NCBI GenBank assembly: GCA_965203175.1
Contig: OZ241867.1
Location: 4,416,001-4,480,000, forward strand
Length of the DNA stretch: 64,000 bases
Direction of reading: 5' to 3'
Source: Candidatus Latescibacterota bacterium
GTDB taxonomy: Bacteria; Latescibacterota; UBA2968; UBA8231
The position numbers and the translations under genes were made by a program. The number at the start of each line of letters is the position of its first letter. Position 1 is the first letter of the stretch. Under the pieces are notes generated by a model. That model ran no database searches, was not told where the DNA came from, and worked only from the letters and a program-made list of their open reading frames with translations. Below are positions 1-10,163 of the stretch, piece after piece.

Positions 1-45
1 AGCGGCGCGGAACGCCCAAAGTGTGGAAGACGAAGAGGAAAACTC

Positions 46-1056
46 ATGGGGGATGAATTGCGCTATGGGGTGGCCGCCTGTCAGGTTGACCAACCCAATC
101 CTACCGACCGCGCTGAAATGGCCCGCAACACCGCTCGCATGGTCGAAATGGTCGATATGGCGGTTGAAGGCTACGGGCCGTTTATGGACATCAGACTGCT
201 GGCCTTTCCCGAATTTGCCCACGCCGCCCCGATCTATCCCACCGCCAAGAGCTTGCTGGCCAAATTGGCCGTTCCCGTTCCCAACGAGCACACGGCCCGC
301 TTGGAAGACAAGGCTCGCGAATTGGGCGTGTACATCCAAACGGCCACTTTTATCGAAGAGGATCCCCAATGGCCGGGCAAGGTATTCAACACGACCTGCC
401 TGCTCGGGCCAGAAGGGCTGTGGTGCAAGTACCGCAAGGTCAACCCTTGGATTCCTTGGGAAGTCCACACCAGCCCCCACGACTTGGCCGACTACGAGGA
501 CGAACTGTTCCCGGTGGCCCAGACGCCCATCGGCAGCATTGGCGCGGCGATTTGCTACGATTGGCTCTTTCCCGAGCCACTGCGCCAGCTCACAGCCAAC
601 GGCGCTGAAATCCTCGTCCGCGTCTCGGCCTATATGGACCCTTGGGGTGCGACGCCGCCGATGGACTGGTGGACGACGGTAAATCGTTGTCGGGCCTTGG
701 AAAATGCGGCGTATGTGCTCGCCGCCAACCAAGGGGCCGAGTTGAGTCACTATCCACCTTTTTCTTGGCCGGGTGGTTCAATGGTCGTCGATTTTGACGG
801 CCGCATCCTCGCGCAAGCCGATCCAGGGCCAGGGGAAAAAATCGTCGTCTCCGAAGTCGATATCGGAGCCTTGCGGCACATCCGCAAGCGGCGCGCCGGC
901 CACCACACCTTGGCCCACCTGCGCAGCGAGGCGTACCCCATGTACGGACAGCCGTACTATCCGCAGGGCAGCTTTTCCGCAGAGAACAATCACACCGCCG
1001 CCATGAACCAAGAGCGCATCGCCGAGGTGAAGCAGAGGATAACCCGGCAGTCGTGA
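46..1056 (+). CDS. Nitrilase/carbon-nitrogen hydrolase family protein
   Basis: Catalytic triad motifs FPEFA (E), YRKVNP (K), AICYDW (C); GAGGA RBS upstream. Confidence 0.88.
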   Translation: MGDELRYGVAACQVDQPNPTDRAEMARNTARMVEMVDMAVEGYGPFMDIRLLAFPEFAHAAPIYPTAKSLLAKLAVPVPNEHTARLEDKARELGVYIQTATFIEEDPQWPGKVFNTTCLLGPEGLWCKYRKVNPWIPWEVHTSPHDLADYEDELFPVAQTPIGSIGAAICYDWLFPEPLRQLTANGAEILVRVSAYMDPWGATPPMDWWTTVNRCRALENAAYVLAANQGAELSHYPPFSWPGGSMVVDFDGRILAQADPGPGEKIVVSEVDIGALRHIRKRRAGHHTLAHLRSEAYPMYGQPYYPQGSFSAENNHTAAMNQERIAEVKQRITRQS

Positions 1057-1769
1057 GGCACTACGGCGACCGGCAGATTCGCCGCACCCTGAGCAAATAC
1101 GACACTCGACAGGTGCGCCGCACCTTGGCAACCGGCTGCGAGCTGCAGATGACGGCAGTCGGCGATGTAGATGCCTTGGTGGACCGCATGATCGAGCGCG
1201 AAGGGCGGCTCCAGAGAGTGGAGCGCTTTCCCTATTGGGCCGAGTTGTGGCCGACGGCGTTGGCCATGGCTCAGTGGTTTTGCCGCGCCGAGGAGCCAAT
1301 CCCCAGAGGTTGGGCTTGCGAATTAGGCTGTGGCTTGGGGCTAGTAGGCATTGCTTTAGCCAAGCTCGGTTGGCGCGTCGAAGCGACTGATTTCGTCGAG
1401 GATGCGCTGGTTTTCGCCGCCCACAATGCCCGGCTCAACAGGGTCCAGCACAACCACCGGGTGGCCTATTTGGACTGGCGCAATCCCGTGGGAGAGCCCC
1501 GTGAGTGCTTAGTGGGGTCGGACATTATCTACGAAAAAAAGAATCATCGCTATCTCGAGCGCATCCTGCGCAAACTACTGTTGCCCGGCGGCCGCTTTTA
1601 CCTCGGGGATCCGCAGCGCAAGGACGCCGCTGACTTCGTCGCGCGGCTCGTTGCCCAAGGCTATAGTCAGCGGCGCGAAACGCACGTTGAGACGTGGAAT
1701 TCAGTCGAGTACCAAGTCTCCATCTACGTGTTTACCAAGCCTCAGGCCGAGAGCAAGGCACTTACGTGA
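1053..1769 (+). CDS. SAM-dependent methyltransferase (Methyltransf_16 / lysine methyltransferase-like)
   Basis: PYWAELWP motif, ELGCGLG SAM-binding loop, GSDIIY; GTG start overlaps nitrilase stop. Confidence 0.8.
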   Translation: MRHYGDRQIRRTLSKYDTRQVRRTLATGCELQMTAVGDVDALVDRMIEREGRLQRVERFPYWAELWPTALAMAQWFCRAEEPIPRGWACELGCGLGLVGIALAKLGWRVEATDFVEDALVFAAHNARLNRVQHNHRVAYLDWRNPVGEPRECLVGSDIIYEKKNHRYLERILRKLLLPGGRFYLGDPQRKDAADFVARLVAQGYSQRRETHVETWNSVEYQVSIYVFTKPQAESKALT

Positions 1770-2674
1770 GCAGCTACGGAAGCTGCGGTCGCCTCTAAGT
1801 CGTATCCGCCCTCTAGCAGGGAGACGAGGCGTCCCTCGCAGTGGCGGGTGGCTAGCTGGAGCACCAATTCGGTTAGCTGGCCATAGCCCTCTGCGCTGAG
1901 CAGGATTTGCCCAAGGGGGTCGCTGCGATGGGCGTCAAAACCGGCCGACAGGAGGATGAAGTCAGGTTGGAACTGGTCTATAGCTGGAATGATGGTATCG
2001 GTGAAGTGCCGGAGGTAATCGGCATCAGTGCTGCCGGCCGGAACCGGGATGTTCAAGGTTTGGCCGCGTCCCGCTCCGACCCCGCGCTCATCGGCCGCAC
2101 CAGTGCCTGGATATAGGGGGGATTGGTGGATGCTGGAAAAAAACACCGAGCCGTCGGCTTCAAAGATGTGCTGCGTGCCATTGCCGTGATGGACGTCCCA
2201 GTCGATGATCGCGACTTTGTCGCAGCCGCATTCGGCCCGCAAGTAGTGCGCGGCGACTGCCACATTGTTGAAGAAACAAAAGCCCATGATTTGCTCGACT
2301 TCGGCGTGATGGCCCGGAGGCCGCATGCAGCAAAAGGCATGGTCGGCGTGGCCGGCGAGTAAGGAGTCGATGGCGGTTAAGGGAGCTCCGGCCGCTAGGA
2401 GGGCGGCACGGTACGTGCCTGGAGAGAATGCGGTGTCTTGGCTCACATAGACGGACTGGAGGGCCGCTACTCGGTCCAAGTGGACTGGCGAGTGGGCTCT
2501 GAGCAGGGCGCGACGCGGTGCTGGCTGCGGCTGGAGGTGCAGCACTTCGGCCCACAGCGAGCTATCTTTTAAGTGTTGGACAATGGATTCCAAGCGCGCG
2601 CGGCGCTCTGGATGTCCCGCGCCTGTGTCGTGCAACAAGACGTCGGGGTGATAGATCAAGGCGGTCCTAGCCAC
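1742..2674 (-). CDS. Histone deacetylase-family (HDAH/AcuC-like) amidohydrolase
   Basis: GHPE, RPPGHHA, GFCFFNN, DWDVHHGNGT, SAGFDAH, LEGGY motifs. Confidence 0.93.
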   Translation of the reverse strand: MARTALIYHPDVLLHDTGAGHPERRARLESIVQHLKDSSLWAEVLHLQPQPAPRRALLRAHSPVHLDRVAALQSVYVSQDTAFSPGTYRAALLAAGAPLTAIDSLLAGHADHAFCCMRPPGHHAEVEQIMGFCFFNNVAVAAHYLRAECGCDKVAIIDWDVHHGNGTQHIFEADGSVFFSSIHQSPLYPGTGAADERGVGAGRGQTLNIPVPAGSTDADYLRHFTDTIIPAIDQFQPDFILLSAGFDAHRSDPLGQILLSAEGYGQLTELVLQLATRHCEGRLVSLLEGGYDLEATAASVAAHVSALLSA

Positions 2675-3128
2675 GGTTTACCACTTCTCCTGCGTCGATG
2701 GATGCAATGGCGCGGCGTCCGAGGATGCGGATGTCCTCGGCGATTGCCGCATCGCCCAAGGCGGCGTGGTTGCACCAGCGCAAGCGCGTGGATTCGCGGG
2801 GGTTGATGCGGGCGTGTCCACTTATGACGCGGCTAAAGTAAATCAGGTCTATGTGCTGATGGCCCGGTTCGATGTCCTCTAGGAGGATACACGCGGGTTG
2901 GTACAGGACGGCGACCTGTCCCCATTGCTCTTGTCGGCCTAACAACTCAACGGTCAGGCCAGTTTCTTCGCGCACTTCGCGGAGGGCGGCTTCTTCGGGC
3001 AGTTCGCCCGGGTCGATGTGGCCGCCTGGGGGCAGCCAAGCCTGCATTTTCTTGTGCCACAGCAAGAGGGTGGCTCCCTCGTGGACGACAAAGGTCGTCG
3101 CTGTAAAGTCGCGGGTAATTGCCGCCAA
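2667..3128 (-). CDS. NUDIX hydrolase
   Basis: Nudix box GGHIDPGELPEEAALREVREETGL; start codon uncertain. Confidence 0.9.
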   Translation of the reverse strand: MAAITRDFTATTFVVHEGATLLLWHKKMQAWLPPGGHIDPGELPEEAALREVREETGLTVELLGRQEQWGQVAVLYQPACILLEDIEPGHQHIDLIYFSRVISGHARINPRESTRLRWCNHAALGDAAIAEDIRILGRRAIASIDAGEVVNRG

Positions 3129-3312
3129 GGTGTCCGCTCGTCGCGCGTTTGATAGAAGAAAAAAACAAGGGGGTTTGCAGTGCGCCGGAGGTCAATATAG
3201 CCGGTCACTTGGTGGAACGAAAGCTCGCGATAGCCCCGCGCTGCATTGACCAGCTTTTCTCGCCAATTATTTTACAAGGCTGAGCTTTGCATTCCTTCAG
3301 ACTGAGAGAGAT

Positions 3313-4557
3313 ATGGCTACTGAGATCGTCATGCCCAAATTGGGGCTGACCATGGAAAGCGGCGCAATAAGCGCTTGGTTGGTAGCAGAAGGCCAGGAAG
3401 TGCAAAAGGGCCAGGCCCTATTGGAAATCGCTACCGACAAGGTGACGATGGAAGTCGAGGCGCAGGCCGACGGAATTCTGCGCAAAATTCTGGTGCCGGC
3501 CGGCCAAGAAGTACCGGTATCGACGACGATCGGCGTCATCGCCACTGCCGACGAAGACATCGGCTCGTATGTCGCCGCTGCTCCGAGCGACCCGGATCCA
3601 TCGCCAACTACAGCTCCTGCCGCTGCTCCACCGTCAACTCCGGCTCCACCAACCCCGGCCTCGCCAACCCCAGCCCCACAGGCTCCAATTCCCTCCGCCG
3701 ATACCGATGGGCGTCGCCCGCATAAGACCTCGCCCAAAGCGCGCAAAATAGCCGCCGAGCACGGCCTCGACCTGGCCGGCGTCAATGGCAGTGGCCCTGG
3801 GGGCCGGATCGTCAGCGCCGATGTGCTGGCCTTGGTCGAACAAGTTCGGCTAGCCCCGGTTCCGACCCCAGCAGCCCCGGTCGCCGAAGGGCTGATTGAG
3901 CTGAGCCGAGCCGAGCAAGTGGCCGCTGAGCGGCTGACGGCTAGCTACCAACAGATCCCACACATTCACATCAGCATGGACGTGTCGGCCGTGTGGTTGC
4001 AGCAATTCCGCATCGGTTACCAACTCGAAGGCAAGAAAATCTCCTTCAACGATTTGATCGTCAAAGCCACGGCCCGCACCCTCAGGGAATTCCCTCGCGT
4101 CAACAGCTTGGAAGAGGGCGGTCACTTCCGTTATGCCTCCCAAATCAACGTCGGCGTTGCCGTAGCGGCCGAGCAGGGCTTAGTGGTTCCAGTCATTCGC
4201 GACGCAGCCGAAAAGACGGTCGAGGAAATCGCCTTAGAAGGGACGCGGCTGATCGACGCGGCTCGTCGAGGCGAGCTAGGCCCCGACGACATGCTGGGCG
4301 GCACCTTCACCATCTCGAATTTGGGCATGTTCGGCGTCTCCCGCTTTACCGCGATCATCAATCCTCCCCAAGTGGCAATCCTAGCCGTCGGGGCTATAGA
4401 GAACAGAGTAGTAGCCTCCGGGACGGACGCATTTGCCGTGCGCCCGCAGCTAACCCTGACTTTGGCTGCGGACCACCGCGCCGTCGATGGCGCGTTGGCG
4501 GCCCGATTCCTCGCGCGGCTCAAGGAGGTATTAGAAACGCCTGGCCTGCTCGGCTAG
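3313..4557 (+). CDS. Dihydrolipoamide acyltransferase (E2) of a 2-oxo-acid/acetoin dehydrogenase complex
   Basis: Lipoyl domain (TDKV), Pro/Ala linker, E3-binding domain (GSGPGGRI), GGTFTISNLG, DHRAVDG. Confidence 0.92.
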   Translation: MATEIVMPKLGLTMESGAISAWLVAEGQEVQKGQALLEIATDKVTMEVEAQADGILRKILVPAGQEVPVSTTIGVIATADEDIGSYVAAAPSDPDPSPTTAPAAAPPSTPAPPTPASPTPAPQAPIPSADTDGRRPHKTSPKARKIAAEHGLDLAGVNGSGPGGRIVSADVLALVEQVRLAPVPTPAAPVAEGLIELSRAEQVAAERLTASYQQIPHIHISMDVSAVWLQQFRIGYQLEGKKISFNDLIVKATARTLREFPRVNSLEEGGHFRYASQINVGVAVAAEQGLVVPVIRDAAEKTVEEIALEGTRLIDAARRGELGPDDMLGGTFTISNLGMFGVSRFTAIINPPQVAILAVGAIENRVVASGTDAFAVRPQLTLTLAADHRAVDGALAARFLARLKEVLETPGLLG

Positions 4558-4676
4558 CAGTCCCTCACCTTGACCCTATCCAGGCCGCCGGTTATCTTCA
4601 AAACCGCCCCAAGTTGGCACTTTTGCCCTTGCGTACTGTGGGTGGAAGAGCGCGTCCTGGCATCGGAAAACAACGC

Positions 4677-6572
4677 ATGAAATTCGAGAAAAAGACCCAG
4701 CTTTCCATTGCGTACGCCGTCCTTACGCTGCTCCTGCTCCTGAGCCTGCAAAACTATTTCGACAACCAAGTCAAACCTCTCCCGTACAGCCAGTTTCGAG
4801 AGTGGATCAAAAGCGGACAGGTCATTGAGTGTACCTTCAGCGGCGAGTTCATCCACGGCCGCGCCAATGTCGATGGCCGAGAGATTAGTTTCCGCACCGC
4901 GGTCATCGAAGATCCCGAGATCATCGGCCTACTTGAAGAACACCAAGTCGAGTTTACCCGCCAGCCTAGCAACAATTGGTTCACTCAGCTTTTGTCGTGG
5001 ATTTTGCCCGCGCTGATCTTCGTGGGGATCTGGCTGTTTATCATCCGTCGCATGAGCGGGGGAGGTGGCCTGATGTCCATTGGCAAGAGCAAGGCCAAGG
5101 TGTACATGGAGAAGGGAACGGGCATTACCTTCGACGACGTGGCGGGCATTGACGAGGCCAAGGAAGAGTTGCTGGAGATCGTCGAATTTTTGCGCACCCC
5201 CGAGCGATTTCAGGCCCTCGGCGGTCGGATTCCGCGCGGGGTCTTACTCGTGGGTTCACCGGGCACGGGTAAGACCTTGTTGGCCAAGGCCGTCGCTGGC
5301 GAGGCGAGCGTGCCCTTTTTCTCCCTCAGCGGCTCCGATTTTGTCGAGATGTTCGTCGGGGTAGGAGCCGCGCGCGTGCGCGACCTTTTTGAACAGGCCA
5401 AAAAACACGCCCCGGCCATTATCTTCATCGACGAGCTCGACGCCTTGGGCAAGGCCCGGGGGGCTGGCTCTTTTGGCGGCCACGACGAGCGCGAGCAGAC
5501 GCTCAACCAGCTCCTCACCGAACTCGACGGTTTCGACACCAACGCTGGCGTGATCCTCATGGCGGCGACCAACCGGCCGGAAATCCTCGACCCGGCCTTG
5601 CTGCGCCCCGGCCGCTTCGACCGCACCGTGGCCGTGGACCGGCCCGATGTCAAGGGGCGCGCCGCCATCCTCCAGATCCACGCCAAGGAAGTCAAGCTGG
5701 GCCCAGATGTAGATTTGCACAAGCTGGCCGTGCGTACTCCGGGTTTTGCCGGAGCGGACTTGGCCAATGTCGTCAATGAAGCGGCCCTTTTGGCAGCGCG
5801 GAGAGATAAAGATTCGATCACCATGTCCGAGTTGGAAGAGGCGATTGAGCGCTCGGTGGCTGGGCTGGAGCGCAAAAGCCGCGTGCTCAACGAGAAAGAG
5901 CGCCGGATCGTCGCGTACCACGAGGCTGGTCACGCTATCGTCGGCGAGATTTTGCCCGAGGCCAATCCCGTGCAGAAGATCTCCATTGTATCGCGGGGCA
6001 TCGCCGCCTTGGGCTACACGCTGAATATGCCGCTGGAGGACCGCTATTTAATGACCAAGGAGGAACTGGAGGATTCCTTGGCGGCGATCTTGGGTGGCCG
6101 GGCGGCCGAGGAAATCGTCTTTGGCGAAATATCCACCGGCGCGGCCAACGACTTGCAACAGGCCACGCAAATGGCCGAGCGGATGGTCAAAGAGTTCGGC
6201 ATGAGCAAGCGGATTGGCTTGGTGGCCCACCGGACGGACCGCTCGCAACAGTTGCTGGGCATGACCCCGGCCGATCGCGCGTACAGCGATGAGACGGCCA
6301 AGCTCATCGACGAGGAAATCAAGGGCATCATCGGCGCGGGGTATGCGCGGGCCAAGGACCTACTCACCCAGCATCGGCAGGCGATGGAGGATGTCGTCGA
6401 GATACTCTTTGAGAACGAGGTGATGGACGGCGATCAGCTGCGTAATCTACTCTCAGATCACGGGATAGAGCTTCCACCTAGGCCCAAGCAAGAGGCGTCG
6501 TCCGATAGTCCCGCCGCCGAGCCGCAGGCCAACGGCAATGCCCCGCAGTCGGAAGAGCGCGAGGCCACCTAG
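4677..6572 (+). CDS. ftsH: ATP-dependent zinc metalloprotease FtsH
   Basis: Two N-terminal TM segments, Walker [30 protein letters not shown]; true start MKFEKK at 4677 rather than the ORF-track 3993. Confidence 0.95.
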   Translation: MKFEKKTQLSIAYAVLTLLLLLSLQNYFDNQVKPLPYSQFREWIKSGQVIECTFSGEFIHGRANVDGREISFRTAVIEDPEIIGLLEEHQVEFTRQPSNNWFTQLLSWILPALIFVGIWLFIIRRMSGGGGLMSIGKSKAKVYMEKGTGITFDDVAGIDEAKEELLEIVEFLRTPERFQALGGRIPRGVLLVGSPGTGKTLLAKAVAGEASVPFFSLSGSDFVEMFVGVGAARVRDLFEQAKKHAPAIIFIDELDALGKARGAGSFGGHDEREQTLNQLLTELDGFDTNAGVILMAATNRPEILDPALLRPGRFDRTVAVDRPDVKGRAAILQIHAKEVKLGPDVDLHKLAVRTPGFAGADLANVVNEAALLAARRDKDSITMSELEEAIERSVAGLERKSRVLNEKERRIVAYHEAGHAIVGEILPEANPVQKISIVSRGIAALGYTLNMPLEDRYLMTKEELEDSLAAILGGRAAEEIVFGEISTGAANDLQQATQMAERMVKEFGMSKRIGLVAHRTDRSQQLLGMTPADRAYSDETAKLIDEEIKGIIGAGYARAKDLLTQHRQAMEDVVEILFENEVMDGDQLRNLLSDHGIELPPRPKQEASSDSPAAEPQANGNAPQSEEREAT

Positions 6573-7024
6573 CCCACGGCGGCGATGACTTCCAGCTCGA
6601 CGGCTGCTCCCAGCGGCAAGCTGGCGACACCGACGGCCAAGCGCGCGTGTATTCCCTTATCTCCGAGAACTGAAGCCATCAGATCGGAAGCGCCATTGAT
6701 CACGTTGGCGTGGGCCGAAAAACCGGGTACCGAAGCGACGTATCCTCCCAAGCGGACAATAGAGGTGGCGTCGAGATCGCCGGTTTCGGCTTTGAGAACG
6801 CTCAGGGCGTTGAGGGCGCACAACTTGGCAGCCTCATATCCTGCTTCGACATCCAAATCCTCGCCCACGATCCCCTCATATTGGATCTGGCCGGCTAGTA
6901 GGGGCAACTGACCTGAGACGAAGATCAAGGGGCCGCTTTGCACGGCGCGGGTATAGGAGCCAGCCGGTTGAGGTGGAGGGGGAAGTTGCAGGTTGAGGTC
7001 TCTTAGTTTTTCTTCCACAGACAT
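6569..7024 (-). CDS. RidA/YjgF-family protein
   Basis: PAGSY, VSGQLP, NGASDL, HARLAVGVASLPLGAAVELE; start MSVEEK with AGGAG RBS. Confidence 0.88.
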   Translation of the reverse strand: MSVEEKLRDLNLQLPPPPQPAGSYTRAVQSGPLIFVSGQLPLLAGQIQYEGIVGEDLDVEAGYEAAKLCALNALSVLKAETGDLDATSIVRLGGYVASVPGFSAHANVINGASDLMASVLGDKGIHARLAVGVASLPLGAAVELEVIAAVG

Positions 7025-7097
7025 GTTGAATCTCCTATGGCTTAGGGCTAGTTGGCGCGAGTAATATAGGACGCCCAATGACTCCAGCAAGAGAGCG

Positions 7098-8324
7098 ATG
7101 AACAGTGTAAGATTCGCCAAAGGGAGCGTCCTCGGACCCTTGGCCAACAGCGATTTCGTGCGCCTGTGGTTGGCCAATGGCCTTTGGTGGCAGGCCATGT
7201 GGATGGAGATGCTGGCGTTGGGGTGGCTGGCTTTAGAGCTGACTAATTCTCCGTGGTGGGTCCAGGTCATCGGCTTTTACCGCGCAATCCCTCTGCTGAT
7301 TATGGGTTTGTTCGGTTCGGTGATTATCGATCGCTTTAAGCGGCGCTACATCGTTTGGACCCTGCAGTTGGTCAATGTGCTGGGGACGGGGCTGTTGGCG
7401 CTCTTGCTCTTTTGGGGACGGCTTGAGCTGTGGCATTTGTCGGTGGTGTCGCTGGTCCTGGGGGCCTCTTGGGCATTGGACTGGCCGACGAGGCGCAGCA
7501 TGGTGCCCGATCTAGTCGGCAAGGCCCGCACGGTCGATGCCATGGTGCTGGAGAACGTCATGCAGGGGTTTACGCGCATTGCTGGCCCCTTGGCGGCGGG
7601 CTATGTCACCGCGGCCTATGGCAGCTTGGGTGCCTTGTTGGTCTTGGTCGGGCTGGGCACCTTGGCGCTGTTTTTGCTGGGGGGCCTTAAGACAGATTCC
7701 AAGGCACCCAGTGCAAGCCCCTTGGCGGCGGGCTGGGCTGGGCGGCAGGGATGGGCCAGCATGCGGGCTTCTGCACCGATATTCGGCGTTTTTCTCATCA
7801 CGATCTTTATGAACGTCTGGGCGTTTCCCTACATGAACCTGCTGCCGGTTTTCGCTCGCGACGTATTCGGCCGCGGCGCGGAGGCCATGGGGTGGTTAGG
7901 CGCGGCTAGCGGGAGTGGGGCGATTGTGGGCTTGGCTGCAGTCCAGCTAAGCCGTAGCAAGCTGAGCAACGAATGGCTCTTTGTCGCTGGCTCGTTGCTT
8001 GCGTGTACGGGCATTATCGCCTTTGCCTTTAGCGGGACCTTTGGCCTCGCCTTGCTGATGCTGTTTTGCTCTGGGTTGGGGCAGGCGGGCTTCAGCATTA
8101 TGCAGAGCAGCATCATCTTGGTCGAATCCTCGGACGAGATGCGGAGCCGGGCGATGAGCACCTTGGTCGTGGCCATTGGCGTCGGTCCTTTTGGCCGCTT
8201 GCAGAGTGGGGCAATAGCCGAGGCTTGGGGGGCACAAGGCGCTGTGGGCGTCATGGCATTGCTGGCGGGGATAGGGACTGTGGGAACGGCGGTTTTGCTA
8301 CGGGGGTTTCTAGGTAAAAGGTGA
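7098..8324 (+). CDS. MFS transporter
   Basis: About 12 hydrophobic segments, motif-A-like GSVIIDRFKRR, DWPTRRSMVPDLVG. Confidence 0.85.
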   Translation: MNSVRFAKGSVLGPLANSDFVRLWLANGLWWQAMWMEMLALGWLALELTNSPWWVQVIGFYRAIPLLIMGLFGSVIIDRFKRRYIVWTLQLVNVLGTGLLALLLFWGRLELWHLSVVSLVLGASWALDWPTRRSMVPDLVGKARTVDAMVLENVMQGFTRIAGPLAAGYVTAAYGSLGALLVLVGLGTLALFLLGGLKTDSKAPSASPLAAGWAGRQGWASMRASAPIFGVFLITIFMNVWAFPYMNLLPVFARDVFGRGAEAMGWLGAASGSGAIVGLAAVQLSRSKLSNEWLFVAGSLLACTGIIAFAFSGTFGLALLMLFCSGLGQAGFSIMQSSIILVESSDEMRSRAMSTLVVAIGVGPFGRLQSGAIAEAWGAQGAVGVMALLAGIGTVGTAVLLRGFLGKR

Positions 8325-8339
8325 GTGGACGGATTCCCG

Positions 8340-8368
8340 TTGCACGCTTGGTCTAGCGTATCTACCTT
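8340..8368 (+). promoter_or_regulatory. Putative sigma70 promoter for gdh
   Basis: TTGCAC-17 bp-TACCTT about 40 nt upstream of the ATG. Confidence 0.35.
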
Positions 8369-8408
8369 GCAAATGCGCTGACCCGACCTAATTAAAGGAG
8401 AGGATCCC

Positions 8409-9704
8409 ATGTCCCAGTCTTTGTTCAGCGACGCCAGCCAACGGCTGGAGAAAGCACTTGCGTACGCGTCCATTCCCGAGGACGCCATCGAGCGGCTCAA
8501 GTTGCCCAAGTCGAGTTTGAAAGTCTCCATCCCGGTGCGCATGGACAACGGCGAATTGCGCATTTTTCCCGGTTACCGGGTGCGCTACGACGACACCCGC
8601 GGTCCCACCAAAGGCGGCATTCGCTACCACCAAGACGTGTCCATCGACGAGGTCCAGTCGCTGGCCTTCTGGATGACCTTCAAGTGCGCGGTGGCCAATT
8701 TGCCCTTTGGCGGCGGCAAAGGCGGCATCACGGTCAATCCCAAAGAATTGTCCCATTTTGAACTGGAACGACTCAGCCGGGGCTATATCGACGCCGTGGC
8801 CGACTTCATCGGTCCGGACATCGACATTCCAGCCCCCGATGTCTATACCAATCAGATGATTATGGGTTGGATGGTGGATGAGTACAGCATTATCAAGCGG
8901 CAGATCACGCCCGCGGTCATTACCGGCAAGCCCCTGACCATGGGGGGTAGTCTAGGGCGCGATACGGCGACTGCGATGGGGGCATTTTTCACCATTGAGG
9001 CGACTTGGCCCAAGCTCGGCTTAAATGGCTCGCCTACCGACACGACCGTAGCTGTGCAAGGGTTTGGCAATGCCGGGGCCATCGTCGCCGAATTGCTCTT
9101 CAATGCTGGTTATAAGGTCGTGGCTGTAAGCGACTCTAAAGGAGGGATTTACCGACGTGAAGGACTCGACATCCCCAGCGTGCGCCAGTTCAAGGATTCG
9201 ACCCGCACCCTCAAGGCGGCGTACTGCGAGGATACGGTGTGCAGCATCGTCGAGCACGAGACTATCACCAACGAAGAATTGCTCGCGCTCGACGTCGATA
9301 TATTGGCCCCGGCGGCCTTGGAAAACCAGATCACGGAGGCCAACGCCGGCGACATTAAGGCCAAGGCGGTGTACGAACTGGCCAACGGCCCCACTACGCC
9401 GGGTGCCGACGAGATTCTGCGCCAGCGGGACGTGATCGTATTTCCCGACATCTTGGTCAACGCCGGCGGCGTAACCGTGAGCTATTTCGAGTGGGTGCAG
9501 AATCGCCAGGGCCTGTACTGGACCTTAGAACAGGTCAACCAGCGGCTTAAGCAGATGATGGTCGAGGAGACCGAGCGCATTTGGGCCATTGCTCAAGAGC
9601 AGGGCATATCGCCGCGCACCGCGGCGTACGTTCACGCTTTAAACCGGATTGGCGACGCAGTTCAAGCCAAGGGCACCAAGGATTACTTCACAGATGGGCA
9701 GTGA
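8409..9704 (+). CDS. gdhA: Glu/Leu/Phe/Val dehydrogenase (glutamate dehydrogenase)
   Basis: GPTKGGIRY, LPFGGGKGG, DIPAPDV, QGFGNAG, NAGGVTVSYFEWVQN. Confidence 0.92.
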   Translation: MSQSLFSDASQRLEKALAYASIPEDAIERLKLPKSSLKVSIPVRMDNGELRIFPGYRVRYDDTRGPTKGGIRYHQDVSIDEVQSLAFWMTFKCAVANLPFGGGKGGITVNPKELSHFELERLSRGYIDAVADFIGPDIDIPAPDVYTNQMIMGWMVDEYSIIKRQITPAVITGKPLTMGGSLGRDTATAMGAFFTIEATWPKLGLNGSPTDTTVAVQGFGNAGAIVAELLFNAGYKVVAVSDSKGGIYRREGLDIPSVRQFKDSTRTLKAAYCEDTVCSIVEHETITNEELLALDVDILAPAALENQITEANAGDIKAKAVYELANGPTTPGADEILRQRDVIVFPDILVNAGGVTVSYFEWVQNRQGLYWTLEQVNQRLKQMMVEETERIWAIAQEQGISPRTAAYVHALNRIGDAVQAKGTKDYFTDGQ

Positions 9705-10140
9705 CAAGAATCGCGGGCTGGTTCCCGCCCCCGACGCCCTAGATCACGCGGCCCTAGCTTTGGAACTTTTGCAAAAACAACCCGTTCTGCGGGACAAAAT
9801 CTCCTCTGGGACCCACGTGCAGGGCCGAGAAGTCCCCCGCCTGCTGACCGAAGTTCTGCGTTTCCTCCACTTGGTCGCCGCTGGAGACCAGGTCCTAACC
9901 CCGTCCCATCCCGTCGATCTAGCTTGGCACGAATTCATCCTCTGCACGTGCACTTATGGCGATTTCTGCCGCCGGTACTTTGGTCGCATGATCCACCACC
10001 AACCCGGGGGCATGGAGGACGAAAACATCAGTCAATTCGACCAAACTCTGTCCCTGTATCAGCGCTACTTTGGCCCGCCTCCTGCGGCCTATTGGCTGCC
10101 CGGAGCCGACTGCGGGGCCTGTCGTAGCGCCAATTCCTAG
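9694..10140 (+). CDS. Glycine-rich-domain-protein (GRDP/DUF1399)-like small protein
   Basis: PSHPVDLAWHEFIL..Y..FC..YFGRMIHHQP signature; C-terminal CGAC; start overlaps gdh end. Confidence 0.65.
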   Translation: MGSDKNRGLVPAPDALDHAALALELLQKQPVLRDKISSGTHVQGREVPRLLTEVLRFLHLVAAGDQVLTPSHPVDLAWHEFILCTCTYGDFCRRYFGRMIHHQPGGMEDENISQFDQTLSLYQRYFGPPPAAYWLPGADCGACRSANS

Positions 10141-10163
10141 CCCGCCCACCGAGGAGGATTTCC

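Noticed and set aside
3570-3700. Low-complexity C-rich repeats
   Set aside because: They encode the ordinary Pro/Ala/Thr linker of E2.
3993-4676. 228-aa N-terminal extension of FtsH in the ORF track
   Set aside because: It overlaps the E2 gene in another frame. Recognisable FtsH begins at 4677.
5080-6367. Multiple long overlapping and antisense ORFs (also common elsewhere in the window)
   Set aside because: These are shadow ORFs expected in GC-rich coding DNA and have no motifs.
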